Below the pieces are notes generated by a model. That model worked only from the letters and a program-made list of their open reading frames with translations. It was not told where the DNA came from and did no database searches. Of a stretch of 64,000 bases of DNA, positions 1-10,339 are shown one piece after another (the first letter of the stretch is position 1; every line of letters starts with the position of its first letter). The stretch spans positions 1-64,000 of IMG/VR virus record IMGVR_UViG_3300008110_010000, one strand, 5' to 3'. The translations under genes were made by a program, and so were the position numbers.

Positions 1-2
1 AG

Positions 3-821
3 GATATCGAGGTGGCTAAGAAAGTGACAGAGAAACTTAAGTCTGGGGTTTTAAATGGGAAACAATTTCCATTCAGGTATTGGTCTGCGTATCAGGCGAT
101 AAAAGATACCGAGACAATAAATCATTCGGGAATTTTGACTGATGCTTTAGAAGAGTGTATGGACATAGCAGTTGATAATATGCCAAAACTAAAAGGGAAA
201 ACCATTTCTCTTTCGGATAACTCCGGATCATCCTGGGGAACCTGCAATTCAGAATATGGAAAAGTGCATGTTGCTGAGATAGCAAATCTTTCATCCCTGA
301 TCACAGGAAAGAATTCAGACGAGGGTGAAATTGGATTATTCGGTGACGGTCTTTTAGTTGAACCTGTTTCAAAAAGGGATGGTCTTCTTTCTCAACTTAA
401 AAAAATGAATGCTGTTGAAAAGGAGCACGGAAAACTGGGTGGTGGGACCGAAAATGGTATTTGGCTATTTTTTGATAGAGCTATCAAAAACAAAATCCAC
501 TATGATAATATTTTCATCTATTCAGACATGCAAGCAGGTCATGGTGGTTTATATGGGGTAAATCCTGATGACTATAAGGATTTTATTCATGGGAAGGGCG
601 GATATGGAAGATATATCGACGTTCTAGCTCTAGCTCAGAAGTACCGAAAGGAAGTTAATCCGAAAGTAAATCTTTTCTCAGTCCAAGTGGCTGGATATGA
701 TAACTCAGTTCTACCTGAAAATCTTTATAGAGGAGCAATCTTAGCTGGATGGACAGGTAAAGAACCGATCTTTGCTAAGGCTTTAATTGACACGTGGGAT
801 TCGATAGAAAACAATCAATAA
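3..821 (+). CDS. TROVE/Ro60-like protein, C-terminal vWA part (5'-truncated by window edge)
   Basis: Frame is open to the window edge; MIDAS-like LSDNSGS motif, IFIYSDMQ and VNLFSVQVAGY resemble the vWA domain of TROVE proteins. Confidence 0.8.
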   Translation, partial: DIEVAKKVTEKLKSGVLNGKQFPFRYWSAYQAIKDTETINHSGILTDALEECMDIAVDNMPKLKGKTISLSDNSGSSWGTCNSEYGKVHVAEIANLSSLITGKNSDEGEIGLFGDGLLVEPVSKRDGLLSQLKKMNAVEKEHGKLGGGTENGIWLFFDRAIKNKIHYDNIFIYSDMQAGHGGLYGVNPDDYKDFIHGKGGYGRYIDVLALAQKYRKEVNPKVNLFSVQVAGYDNSVLPENLYRGAILAGWTGKEPIFAKALIDTWDSIENNQ

Positions 822-824
822 TTT

Positions 825-851
825 AAAGGGATCTTCTGATCCCTTTTCTTT
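825..851 (+). terminator. Intrinsic terminator
   Basis: aaagggatc-ttct-gatcccttt hairpin followed by a T-rich tract directly after the TROVE stop. Confidence 0.8.
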
Positions 852-904
852 GATATATAATAAAACTCCTGAATATCCTTCAGGTAAGAAAAATATATAC
901 CAAT

Positions 905-1153
905 ATGGAAATTAAAAGGTTCAAAGCATTTTTGAATGAAATGAAAAAGGGTTACGGTCAAGATTATTCCCTGGAAGATGTTACAAAGGGAGAAATCGTT
1001 GCTTACAGAGGCACAAGATATTTTGTGATAGATTCTAACGAATACATGCTAGAACTTTCCAAAGATAAAGATGCCGTTCCAGGAGACAGAAAAAACCTGC
1101 TCGCAAACAAAAGTATGTTTAGAGAATATGGAGCCATTCCAGATCAAAATTGA
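905..1153 (+). CDS. Hypothetical protein with capsid-targeting-like N-terminus
   Basis: 82 aa ORF starting MEIKRFKAFLNE; GATATATA at 852-859 upstream. Confidence 0.7.
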   Translation: MEIKRFKAFLNEMKKGYGQDYSLEDVTKGEIVAYRGTRYFVIDSNEYMLELSKDKDAVPGDRKNLLANKSMFREYGAIPDQN

Positions 1154-1174
1154 TATATAAATAAAAATAAGACG

Positions 1175-1504
1175 ATGAGACATTTAAAATATTTTAGACC
1201 CCTAAACGAAGAAATGGGCCAAGACGAAGTCATTTATGCGGATTCTTGGACCCCAACCCAACATCCAGAAGGTGATTATGATGTTAAGTGGACATCAGAG
1301 GTAGGGGAAGAAAAACAAGCAGTATTTTCCGACGTTGGGGGTCCAATTATGGACGACGGGGAATCCGGATATTCAGTTTTTGAAACAATTCCGGGAACAT
1401 CCTCAGATGGAAACGAATATTTAGGTGAGGTGGTTTATAAAGAACTTGGCGGAGATGGATCACATGAATTCCAGATAGTTTCTATCATGATCAAAAACAA
1501 GTAA
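1175..1504 (+). CDS. Acidic hypothetical protein with capsid-targeting-like N-terminus
   Basis: 109 aa ORF starting MRHLKYFRPLNEE; GATATATA at 1152-1159. Confidence 0.7.
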   Translation: MRHLKYFRPLNEEMGQDEVIYADSWTPTQHPEGDYDVKWTSEVGEEKQAVFSDVGGPIMDDGESGYSVFETIPGTSSDGNEYLGEVVYKELGGDGSHEFQIVSIMIKNK

Positions 1505-1551
1505 TTTCTTTCGCATTTTTTAGAACCGGGGTTTTATTGTAAATTTACAAA

Positions 1552-2070
1552 ATGAAACTACCGGTTTTATTTTTGTTCCTAATAAGTGTCACTAGTTCAC
1601 TTAGATCACAGACAGTTCTGGTTCATGATCCTGTATCAAACATGAAGATCCTCCAAGCCTGTGAAATTCTTAGAGAGAATGAGGGAGAGATATACGAGTC
1701 TATAGTTCAGCATTCCAATCTACAAAAATATAAAGATCCGGATAATTCCTTTAATAGTACCTGTAGTTATGATGTTTCTAGTGGATCCCTTTGGATATTA
1801 ATCGGTGAGGGATCTCTTTATGATCGGAGCGTATATAGATTGGCAGGAACAATTTATCACGAATCCCTCCACTTGCTACTCAAATTACAAAGACAGAGAG
1901 AAGGTAGGATCGTAAATTTTTCAGATTTATCCGCACAGGAAAGGAAACAAGAAGAGATTTTTATCTATAAAAAAACAAGAGAACTATTGAAAAAAATTGG
2001 AACTCCTTTATGGGAAATCCAGGAGTATGATCGATGGTTAGAAGGAGCAAAAAACAAAAACTATTTTTAA
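1552..2070 (+). CDS. Secreted putative zinc metallopeptidase-like protein
   Basis: Hydrophobic signal-like N-terminus; HESLH (HExxH) with a downstream EE. Confidence 0.5.
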   Translation: MKLPVLFLFLISVTSSLRSQTVLVHDPVSNMKILQACEILRENEGEIYESIVQHSNLQKYKDPDNSFNSTCSYDVSSGSLWILIGEGSLYDRSVYRLAGTIYHESLHLLLKLQRQREGRIVNFSDLSAQERKQEEIFIYKKTRELLKKIGTPLWEIQEYDRWLEGAKNKNYF

Positions 2071-2100
2071 GATAGATAGCTCCAATATAAGATATTATGA

Positions 2101-2427
2101 ATGGCTCTTGTTATTTACACAAAACTTCGCGAATTACAAATCCAAGAAAAAGAAATTTATGAGTTTGGCAACTGGCTCAGAAGCTTTGCCAATGAAACAA
2201 CCTGGGGAGAGGACGATGAATATGATAGCTCCTACGACGAAGATGCAGAATTACCTGTAAACGACCAAGGTGATGTTATGGAATATCCGTGGGACGATTT
2301 TAGTTACATTGTGGTTCCTGATTCTAATGATGAAGCAGAAGAAGCTTTAGAAATTGCTCAGATGCTAGGGGTTACTCTTAGATTCGACGTGCATGATTTG
2401 GGACGTGTATTTTTTGTCGTAAGATAA
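2101..2427 (+). CDS. Hypothetical acidic protein
   Basis: 108 aa ORF co-oriented with its neighbours. Confidence 0.6.
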   Translation: MALVIYTKLRELQIQEKEIYEFGNWLRSFANETTWGEDDEYDSSYDEDAELPVNDQGDVMEYPWDDFSYIVVPDSNDEAEEALEIAQMLGVTLRFDVHDLGRVFFVVR

Positions 2428-2475
2428 AAAAACGGGAGTAGTTCTTTTAGATATATAAAAAAAAGAAGATCCAAG

Positions 2476-3027
2476 ATGGCCCTCCAAATTAACAAAGAAA
2501 TAGAAACCATAAATAAAGGTGCACTGTCTACTTCCTATGCTAGGATAGAAGTATATCACATAGATAAGCATATTGGCGTTATGAGGGTTAGCATCGCTCT
2601 TTATGTCGATAAGGACGATGCAGATAAAAACAAATTTGTATATCATGAGGATTTTTTAGATCCCCTGAACAGGTCTTCCCAATCTGGTCCAATTCCAACA
2701 TTAATAAATGTTGATGGAAATTCTATAAATTATCCCACAATATTCGATCTTCCACTTTCAGTAGATGAAACAGTGACTGAAGACGAATACCAAACACAGG
2801 ATCTCGTTAGAACTGTCAAATATTATGATTTTGACGAGGATGGCAATGTGATAGAAAAAACTAGAGAAGAAACATACCAGGACAGGGTTAAGACTGGAAC
2901 AAAATCTGTAACAAAGTCCAAAATAGATCTCTCTGTGATAGGCTCTAATCCATATGAGTGGGCATACAGTAAATTGAAGCCGAAATTGGAGGAGGTTTTC
3001 GGCGAAGGAAATGTAATTGATCTCTAA
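2476..3027 (+). CDS. Hypothetical protein, possibly tail-associated
   Basis: 183 aa ORF with GATATATA at 2450-2457; C-terminus NPYEWAYSKLK resembles small phage tail accessory proteins (inference). Confidence 0.55.
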   Translation: MALQINKEIETINKGALSTSYARIEVYHIDKHIGVMRVSIALYVDKDDADKNKFVYHEDFLDPLNRSSQSGPIPTLINVDGNSINYPTIFDLPLSVDETVTEDEYQTQDLVRTVKYYDFDEDGNVIEKTREETYQDRVKTGTKSVTKSKIDLSVIGSNPYEWAYSKLKPKLEEVFGEGNVIDL

Positions 3028-3030
3028 GAT

Positions 3031-3498
3031 ATGAGTGTAGTTTCGATCGGTACAACGAACATTAATATGGGTAATCAAGGATTTGAGGGGGGCACAGCCC
3101 AACTTTCAAATATCTTCGTAGGTACCAGCAATAACAGTTTAGACAATCTTTGGGACAATAAGAGATATCCAAGAGGATCTGGACAATCTAATTTTGGGTA
3201 TTTTTACAATAAGAAATTTAGATGCATCAGAGTCTATTCTAATGATACGGGTAAAGGTACAGTTTCCATAACATATCCGATCACTTTAAGTGGTCAAGGT
3301 GCTGGACTTGATTACGGATTTAGTTATTCCGATTATGCTTATATAACTGTGACAGCAACCCAAACATATCCTTATGTTTTTCAATACTGGCAAACACGAA
3401 CCCCTACATCGGGAACGGTTTTAAGCTATAGTTCATCAGTGAATTTGGCCAGCACAGACTGGACAGGTAACTATACTGTTACTGCGGTGTTCGCCTAA
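3031..3498 (+). CDS. Putative virion structural protein with a beta-rich C-terminal repeat domain
   Basis: G/S/T/Y-rich; C-terminal ITVTAT..Y.F.YW...TVTAVFA resembles InlB-B-type bacterial repeat. Confidence 0.45.
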   Translation: MSVVSIGTTNINMGNQGFEGGTAQLSNIFVGTSNNSLDNLWDNKRYPRGSGQSNFGYFYNKKFRCIRVYSNDTGKGTVSITYPITLSGQGAGLDYGFSYSDYAYITVTATQTYPYVFQYWQTRTPTSGTVLSYSSSVNLASTDWTGNYTVTAVFA

Positions 3499-3533
3499 CA
3501 TTATTATAATTTCTTTTTCTGCAAAATTAATAA

Positions 3534-4109
3534 TTAAATCAGGGATTGGCCTTCTGTATAATATTTTGAACCTATTGGGAATTCAACTTCACTGTTCAAT
3601 TTAAAAGTGTTTTTAACGAAATTTATACCATTGCTGAAATATAAATTTTCATAGGAAATCGATGGAATTTTTTTTAGATCAATCCAATTTTTGAATTCCT
3701 CTTTATTATTTTTCAGTGATGTTCCATAGTAAGATATTATTTCTTCCTCAGTAATGATCTTTTTTACCATATCTCCATTGTATCTGTGATGCCATAAATT
3801 TGTTTTTTCTGCAAACAGGTATGATCTAGATTGTTCGTACCAATTTTCTCTATATAAACACATCACCACGTCGCTTATATCCAGAAGTGTTGAAAAATCT
3901 ACATTATTTCTCCATAATTCCTTAATGAAATAGCTTTTATTCGGATCGATCCATGACGTATCCTTATAATTTACATCCTTCGTGAAATCATTATTGTCGG
4001 GATTATACGGCTCGTGGGCAATTATAAATTTATTTTTTAATGATAATCTAAACCACTCTGTTAGTGTTTGTCCCCCGGATCTACCCTCGGCAATTACAGT
4101 TAAAACCAT
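3534..4109 (-). CDS. Sulfotransferase-like P-loop protein
   Basis: N-terminal AEGRSGGQTL (PAPS-binding-like), HEPYN, SYENL. Confidence 0.55.
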   Translation of the reverse strand: MVLTVIAEGRSGGQTLTEWFRLSLKNKFIIAHEPYNPDNNDFTKDVNYKDTSWIDPNKSYFIKELWRNNVDFSTLLDISDVVMCLYRENWYEQSRSYLFAEKTNLWHHRYNGDMVKKIITEEEIISYYGTSLKNNKEEFKNWIDLKKIPSISYENLYFSNGINFVKNTFKLNSEVEFPIGSKYYTEGQSLI

Positions 4110-4120
4110 ATCAGAATATT

Positions 4121-4573
4121 TTAATTAGAAACACTAAAGTTATTTGATGTGAAAATTCTTTGCGCATGTGTATTCCAATCCTCACATTCACATTTTATTG
4201 ACGAATAGGACCCTAACATCTGAGAGCATGTCTCGTTGACAAACCAGATCGGAGCTAATTTTGGTCTTTTGATCCTGTTAGTAACATACAGGTTATACAG
4301 AAATGCGATTTCATTATCAAGTTTATTAAACCAAACATAGCCCAGCGGAGATTTGTTTGAAAATAAAATAAAAAGTGTATGACCCTCTTTTAGTCTATTA
4401 AAAACGTCTTCTAATTTGAACATCTTATCCCACGAGTATTCCTGTTTAAAATAGTTGATTAGAATCTCCATATGATTTATATGAATGTCTTCAATTTGAT
4501 TTTCGATTCTTACCACACCCAATTTTTTTTGATCTATAAAATCTTCCCTGTTTATATTAAAGTTAATCATCAT
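4121..4573 (-). CDS. GNAT-family acetyltransferase
   Basis: PLGYVWF..AFLYNLYV..R and WNTHAQRIF..NNF match the GNAT motif pattern. Confidence 0.55.
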   Translation of the reverse strand: MMINFNINREDFIDQKKLGVVRIENQIEDIHINHMEILINYFKQEYSWDKMFKLEDVFNRLKEGHTLFILFSNKSPLGYVWFNKLDNEIAFLYNLYVTNRIKRPKLAPIWFVNETCSQMLGSYSSIKCECEDWNTHAQRIFTSNNFSVSN

Positions 4574-5640
4574 ATTAGTTTTCTTTCTTTGTTTATAAAT
4601 TCTTGCATATTATGCCAAACATCGTCTTTTAAACCAATTTTATTTAATTCATTAATAAAATCTTGATGATCCGGATGATCCTTGTCCCAAATTTTATGTA
4701 GTTGAAATTCAGTATCACTAAATGTTCCCCAATTTGTAATTTTTCCAAAAAATACATTTAATTTATTTCCAAAGATGGAGTGCATCAAATCATAGAATTT
4801 CTTCATTTCTTTATAGTTTGATGTTTGCACTACAAACGAGGTTTTTACAGATTTTAATGTTGGTATAGTAGATATGAATTTTAAATTATCAATTAATTCT
4901 TCCCAATTACCTCCCACCCTTACCTTGTTTTCGTAAGTATCTTTAGTAGCCGCATCTATGCTGATTTCACACGTTTTTACATATTTGTGAACTTTTTTCA
5001 TAGAGTTCCACATTTTTTCATTCCATTTTGTTGCATTTGTATGTAAATGGATTCGTTCTAAATTTGACCATTTTGACTTATCAAAGTTTCTTAAAAAATC
5101 TCTAAATCCAACAGAAACAAATGGATCACCACTACCAGTTATATACAGCGTTTTTGTTGTTTTACCGTATTCATTTTCAATATCCTCAATCGTTTTTTTA
5201 ATCCTTTGTATTCCATCGGCACTTTCCACAATTAAATCAACCCTACAAGATGGACATTTAAGATTGCACGTTCTATCAAATGAAAATTGAATTATTGTTG
5301 GGGGTTCAGTGATCCCGTTATTAAATAAATCAATTCTTTCTTTTAATTTACTCGGCATCTCATTCTTATGATAAAGAGTATCAGTATTACCAATTTTTCC
5401 AAATGTTACTAATTGATGTAAAAACGGACACTGACCTTTATCACAATATTTATAAGAGCCATCTAAAACGGATTTTCTGATTTCTATAGCCTCTTCGGAT
5501 TCCCAGGAATTTTTTAATGTGGTGTTTTCTGGTAGATACTTTTTCAACCACGATGCACAACAAAGAAACCTATTTTTATGTTGTATTTCAAGTGACACAA
5601 ATGGAACAGCACACACATAATTTTTTAAATCGATACTCAT
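4570..5640 (-). CDS. Radical SAM protein with N-terminal SPASM/twitch-like Cys cluster
   Basis: CNLKCPSC (CxxxCxxC), GSGDPF, N-terminal CAVPF...LCCASW. Confidence 0.85.
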   Translation of the reverse strand: MSIDLKNYVCAVPFVSLEIQHKNRFLCCASWLKKYLPENTTLKNSWESEEAIEIRKSVLDGSYKYCDKGQCPFLHQLVTFGKIGNTDTLYHKNEMPSKLKERIDLFNNGITEPPTIIQFSFDRTCNLKCPSCRVDLIVESADGIQRIKKTIEDIENEYGKTTKTLYITGSGDPFVSVGFRDFLRNFDKSKWSNLERIHLHTNATKWNEKMWNSMKKVHKYVKTCEISIDAATKDTYENKVRVGGNWEELIDNLKFISTIPTLKSVKTSFVVQTSNYKEMKKFYDLMHSIFGNKLNVFFGKITNWGTFSDTEFQLHKIWDKDHPDHQDFINELNKIGLKDDVWHNMQEFINKERKLI

Positions 5641-6314
5641 TAAATTATATTTTTAATTTGTCTCTTGTTATTTAATATATCTATTAAAAATTCTGAAAAT
5701 TCATAGTGGGAGTCCTCGCACCAATGACCATCGTCTACCTCTCCATTGGTTTCTTGTTTTATGTTTCTATATTTTTTAGATAAAATAATCCCACATTTTG
5801 ACAGGTCTGAACACCATGACCAATGAATTATTTTATTTTTAAGAGAAAAATTAATCAATTTCATCCAGTTACATATTTCTAGTACGTAAGGGAAATTCGA
5901 TCTATTAATTAGTAATTCTTGTATTGTTTTTTCCGAGATAAACTCAAATGTCTCAATTTTTTTATGTGCAAAAAATCCGTTTTCGTTACCTGGTTCAGGA
6001 TTGAAATGTCCCCACTGATCTGACTTATTTACTAATCTAAACCTACTTTGATTAGTCCAACCAAAAATTAAAATATCCCCTTCCTTAATTTTATCAACAA
6101 CTTTACAAAACTCCTCTAAAATATGCGAGTTATCAACACCTCCCAGTCCTAAATTTATTAAATTTAAACCAAGTTTCTCAGCAATAATCTCACCATAAAC
6201 TTTCGGGACATATCCCTTATATTCAATGTATTTTTGTCTCCAGTGTATTGTTGATCTTTCCGGGGGGTAAAAATAATCGGTAAACGAATCCCCAAAGGTC
6301 CACAGATTATTCAT
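5640..6314 (-). CDS. SGNH/GDSL hydrolase-like protein
   Basis: LWTFGDSF, NLGLGGVDN, C-terminal DGH. Confidence 0.65.
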   Translation of the reverse strand: MNNLWTFGDSFTDYFYPPERSTIHWRQKYIEYKGYVPKVYGEIIAEKLGLNLINLGLGGVDNSHILEEFCKVVDKIKEGDILIFGWTNQSRFRLVNKSDQWGHFNPEPGNENGFFAHKKIETFEFISEKTIQELLINRSNFPYVLEICNWMKLINFSLKNKIIHWSWCSDLSKCGIILSKKYRNIKQETNGEVDDGHWCEDSHYEFSEFLIDILNNKRQIKNII

Positions 6315-6856
6315 CAGATCATTGTTTTATTTTTTTCTTGTCTTGTTGTTAATTTAATTGTTACATCGGATATCTCGATAGTATGATCTAGCTCTATAAT
6401 AAAGTTTAAAATTTTAAACAAATCCTCGAATTTGAGTTTATTAAAATTCGCACCAAACATTTTATTATTCTCCATTGTACTTGGGTTAAAATTAATAACT
6501 CTAACTTTTTTATACGGATTGGCAATATTTAATGTCTGTGATAAATTTATTAGGTGTTTTTTATTTGAGACATATAGAGGACTAAAACATCCGTCCTCGT
6601 GTACTGCGGACGTTCCAAAATTTATTATTGTTTTTTCTAAATCCTTCCATTTTTCGAATAGTTCAAAAAAAACCAAGGATTGCTTCACATCTTTACTATA
6701 TGCATGATTTAAAAATACATCGCATGAAGCTACCTGCGATAATATAGTGTCAATTTCTTCTCTTAGATCTATTTTAATTATATCGTGGGTCTTTCCCCAC
6801 ATAAGCGAAGCGTAATTGCCAAAACCGTCTGAAGTACCTGATATTGCTATTTTCAT
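6314..6856 (-). CDS. Short-chain dehydrogenase/reductase-like protein
   Basis: MKIAISGTSDGFG Rossmann start, FLNHA, YVSNKK. Confidence 0.6.
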   Translation of the reverse strand: MKIAISGTSDGFGNYASLMWGKTHDIIKIDLREEIDTILSQVASCDVFLNHAYSKDVKQSLVFFELFEKWKDLEKTIINFGTSAVHEDGCFSPLYVSNKKHLINLSQTLNIANPYKKVRVINFNPSTMENNKMFGANFNKLKFEDLFKILNFIIELDHTIEISDVTIKLTTRQEKNKTMI

Positions 6857-7356
6857 ATTAATTTCGAATTTCCTATTTGTAAATCATTCTTATTTAAAAA
6901 TAATATAAGGGACCATCTCTCACCTCCTAATATTTTTTTCACTTCATGGTCCCTATCACTTTTCATTGTATAAATTGTCCCAGTAACTTTAGGAAGTATT
7001 TCTAAAGGATTATATGCAATGAATTCTCCACCATCATAACTTTCATTTAAACAAACACCTATATTTAAAATTTGATCAGGATGCGTTGTCGAATCATTAT
7101 GTTTAGCAAATTCATTACCAGCCAAATAACGATGCAAATATATTTCTTGCATTTCATTTATTTTATTTTTTGAATATTCATCTAAAAGAAATTCTTTCAG
7201 TCGATCAAATATCCACTGGGTGTTACTATTTCTAAGTACAACATGATAATAGTAATTAAAATCATTTCTTTTAAATAATGATGATGAGTGTTTAGGTTTA
7301 AAAGTATTTGATAGATTAATTATCTTATTACATTCTTCTATTGAAAATGAAATCAT
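6853..7356 (-). CDS. 2OG-Fe(II) oxygenase
   Basis: HND...YDGGEF...HEVKKILGGERWSL. Confidence 0.85.
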   Translation of the reverse strand: MISFSIEECNKIINLSNTFKPKHSSSLFKRNDFNYYYHVVLRNSNTQWIFDRLKEFLLDEYSKNKINEMQEIYLHRYLAGNEFAKHNDSTTHPDQILNIGVCLNESYDGGEFIAYNPLEILPKVTGTIYTMKSDRDHEVKKILGGERWSLILFLNKNDLQIGNSKLI

Positions 7357-7844
7357 ATTAATTTTTTTTTATTCATTATGTCGGTTCTTAATCGTTCAGA
7401 ACTATTCTCGTCAAATAGATCTTCATAATATTGAATTGGTATTTTTAATTTATCAGACAATTCCTGTAAATCTTGACCCATTTTTATTAAAAGTTCTCTT
7501 GATTTATCAATCGTTTCTACTGGTGGTGCGACATATTCATATGGGGTTCCGGAATGATACCCATTTCGAATATTGTGATAAAGGTAAGAGTATGATTCGA
7601 GATGATTTTTAAAATTTTTTCGATTTAATAATATCACATCATCAAATTTTTTTGATAATTCAAAATTATTCTCGTGCTGATGTATTATTGTTTTAACAAC
7701 AACGTTATTCATATCATCGTCATATAAAAAACGATCACTACCGTCAAACGGCTCAAAGATTGCTCTAAATTCTCTTTCTTTCGAAATTTTATGTAATAAA
7801 GATGTAGATCCCGTTCTGGGTAATGATATTATTAAAATTCTCAT
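7353..7844 (-). CDS. Sulfotransferase-like protein
   Basis: ISLPRTGSTSL, FEPF, YYEDLF. Confidence 0.65.
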   Translation of the reverse strand: MRILIISLPRTGSTSLLHKISKEREFRAIFEPFDGSDRFLYDDDMNNVVVKTIIHQHENNFELSKKFDDVILLNRKNFKNHLESYSYLYHNIRNGYHSGTPYEYVAPPVETIDKSRELLIKMGQDLQELSDKLKIPIQYYEDLFDENSSERLRTDIMNKKKLI

Positions 7845-8383
7845 ATTAATCTTTTATTGTCATATAATTTAAGATATTTAAAATCTGTATTAGTCATCCA
7901 AACATTTAAAGCGCATCTAACCCCAGTCGTGACAGGCATAACCCCATGGTATATTTTACTTCCATCAAAAGATATGGACTGTCCTATTTTTAACAAATGT
8001 TTTTGTGAATCGTTTATGTTTTTTGATTTTGATAATATAAATCTCCCATCTTCAAAATTTTCGCTTAAAACTATTACTGTAGTTAGCTGTGAGGTTGAAT
8101 CCAAGTGTAAATCTAATCTTCTACTATCGTAATATTTGGTAATACTTATATTAAAATCTTCAATTTTAAAATCTTTAAAATTAAACCACAATTTAAATTT
8201 TTCTTCTTCAAAATTTTTTATGAACCTGTCAAATATCAATTTATTAAATCCTAAATCGGAAATTCTTTTACAATCCCAAACCTCGGATGGATTATAATTA
8301 AATTTTTTACCCACCCTATCTGCATATTCAATAATTGAATTACATTCCTCACCTCCAAAGAAATTGTTTATCGAATAGTTCAT
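7841..8383 (-). CDS. 2OG-Fe(II) oxygenase
   Basis: HLD...FEDGRF...HGVMPVTTGVR. Confidence 0.85.
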   Translation of the reverse strand: MNYSINNFFGGEECNSIIEYADRVGKKFNYNPSEVWDCKRISDLGFNKLIFDRFIKNFEEEKFKLWFNFKDFKIEDFNISITKYYDSRRLDLHLDSTSQLTTVIVLSENFEDGRFILSKSKNINDSQKHLLKIGQSISFDGSKIYHGVMPVTTGVRCALNVWMTNTDFKYLKLYDNKRLI

Positions 8384-9015
8384 AATATTTTTTTATCCTT
8401 TATATCCTCCACAAATTCTACAACGGGTTCTTCTATTTCTAATAATCCATGAATTATTTTATACATTTCGTAACATCCTTTAGGTCCTGGATGAAAATCT
8501 ATTTTTTCTCCAACTCCTTCTTCCCAATTGGAAGTTACCTTAATAAGTGTTACAAAGTCAGAGGTAGGAATGGCGAATTGTTCACTCCATGTAATAAACA
8601 CTGGATTATATATTTTTAACCATTTTTGGAGATTTTTTAAAAATTTAATGTCATTTTCCCTAACACCGTTTATCCAATTATTACCTTCAGTGAGTCTTAA
8701 ATCATCTAATTTTTCGGCAAATTTACTATCCTTATAATATTGTGGCGATCTGTACTGGTTATTTAAATATAGTTCTTTTTTATCCCCATAATACCTTCCG
8801 GGTAACCTTCCAGGGTCAGTAAATACAATAACAATTCTATCTCCCTCCATATATTCATCTAAATTACCTAATTGAAAAATTATTGAGGAGTTATCAGCCC
8901 CAAGTTTACCATGTTTATAAACTTCGTAGTGTTTTGATAAATAATATCTCCAATGGTATTTTGGTATGTGCCAATCAACAAAAGAATCCCCAAAGCAAAA
9001 TAATCTCGGTTTCAT
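8380..9015 (-). CDS. SGNH hydrolase-like protein
   Basis: FCFGDSF, GKLGADN, DFHPGPKG. Confidence 0.65.
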   Translation of the reverse strand: MKPRLFCFGDSFVDWHIPKYHWRYYLSKHYEVYKHGKLGADNSSIIFQLGNLDEYMEGDRIVIVFTDPGRLPGRYYGDKKELYLNNQYRSPQYYKDSKFAEKLDDLRLTEGNNWINGVRENDIKFLKNLQKWLKIYNPVFITWSEQFAIPTSDFVTLIKVTSNWEEGVGEKIDFHPGPKGCYEMYKIIHGLLEIEEPVVEFVEDIKDKKIL

Positions 9016-9518
9016 TAAATTAAAGACGTTCTTTTTTTATTAAACATTATAACTAAAACCCTCCTTTGTCCAGATTCTAACTGTGTAACTTGGTGAACCT
9101 GGTTGTTTCCCTCGAAATTAACATACTGTCCAATTTCTGTAAAATTTACATCCTCTCCATCAATTATTAATCTTCCTCCCACAAATTCATTCGATAACAA
9201 AATTAACGTGGTCTGTAAAACAAAATACTTATCTCTGTGAGGTTTTGTTAAGTTTCCTTTATCATATATTAATTCATAGAAAAAATCTATTTCATATTCA
9301 GGTTTGCCAAATTTTTCAACAATAAATGAATTAAACTTGCTATCGTGCATCCCATAATATTTCATTGATGTCAGGATTAGTGCATCCTCGCCTTTGATAA
9401 CTATATAGGGATGCTTATATTTTAAATTTTCATATTCTAAAGGATTCATTCCCCCATTTTCCGAAAGTGCTTGATTGATGTAATCGATCTCTTCGCTATT
9501 TAAACAACCAATATCCAT
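9015..9518 (-). CDS. 2OG-Fe(II) oxygenase
   Basis: HRD...FVGGRL...HQVTQLESGQRR. Confidence 0.8.
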   Translation of the reverse strand: MDIGCLNSEEIDYINQALSENGGMNPLEYENLKYKHPYIVIKGEDALILTSMKYYGMHDSKFNSFIVEKFGKPEYEIDFFYELIYDKGNLTKPHRDKYFVLQTTLILLSNEFVGGRLIIDGEDVNFTEIGQYVNFEGNNQVHQVTQLESGQRRVLVIMFNKKRTSLI

Positions 9519-9520
9519 AG

Positions 9521-10339
9521 TTATATCAAGATGTTAATTTTTCCTTTAGTCTTTTCCGATATGATTTTATTTTCTCCAATAAAACGGTATATTTCATCGG
9601 AAATTAGTTCATATCCAAGCTTATTTGGATGTACACCAACAAGGTTAATTGGGTTTTTAAAATTCTCCCAAATACTTTTTTTATCAAAACTGGTTAAAAA
9701 GTCCCTAAATGTTTCTTTGCGGAATCCCCAATAGTGCCTAGTGTCGATCAAATCGGTTTTATCAATTTCCCCTATAATATTTTTTGGCAACATCATATCG
9801 AATCCATCGCAAAACAAATATCTAATACCCAAATTTTTAAACATATATTGCAAATACAATAAATAACCCTGGTTGACTATGTTATAATAATTTTCGTTGT
9901 ATAAATTAACCGTGTACCATTCCTTATAGTCGATTTTTAATTTATTATAAATTTTATTTTCCCCATTTGAGCTCAGTATATGATCGTATATGTATTTTTT
10001 GTCTAGATGTCTTTTACTCCATGAATGCCATTCATTATCTGGCGGAAAAAATGGCAATTCTTCCCTTAAGGGGGAAGACCACATTATAATCACTAGATCA
10101 TTCTCTTTAATCCTACCAGTATCTATACATTTACAAACGCAATTAAATATGAATCGATTATCTGATCCACCTACTCCGTAATTTTGGAGGTCTATTTTTA
10201 ATTTTTCTGCTAATTGTTTTGGCCAAGAATATTTGCTCCGAATTTTTGTTTTTTCCTCTAAACTACTTACCGCATTCTCTTCTGCTAAATCTCCACCAAC
10301 ACCCTCCGTCCAGCTATCCCCGAATGTATATAATTTCAT
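9521..10339 (-). CDS. SGNH hydrolase-like protein
   Basis: LYTFGDSWTEG, NYGVGGSDN, GVHPNKLGY. Confidence 0.7.
   Translation of the reverse strand: MKLYTFGDSWTEGVGGDLAEENAVSSLEEKTKIRSKYSWPKQLAEKLKIDLQNYGVGGSDNRFIFNCVCKCIDTGRIKENDLVIIMWSSPLREELPFFPPDNEWHSWSKRHLDKKYIYDHILSSNGENKIYNKLKIDYKEWYTVNLYNENYYNIVNQGYLLYLQYMFKNLGIRYLFCDGFDMMLPKNIIGEIDKTDLIDTRHYWGFRKETFRDFLTSFDKKSIWENFKNPINLVGVHPNKLGYELISDEIYRFIGENKIISEKTKGKINILI

Noticed and set aside
822-904. Y RNA next to the TROVE gene
   Set aside because: Only a terminator and promoter motif are present; no recognisable Ro-binding helix
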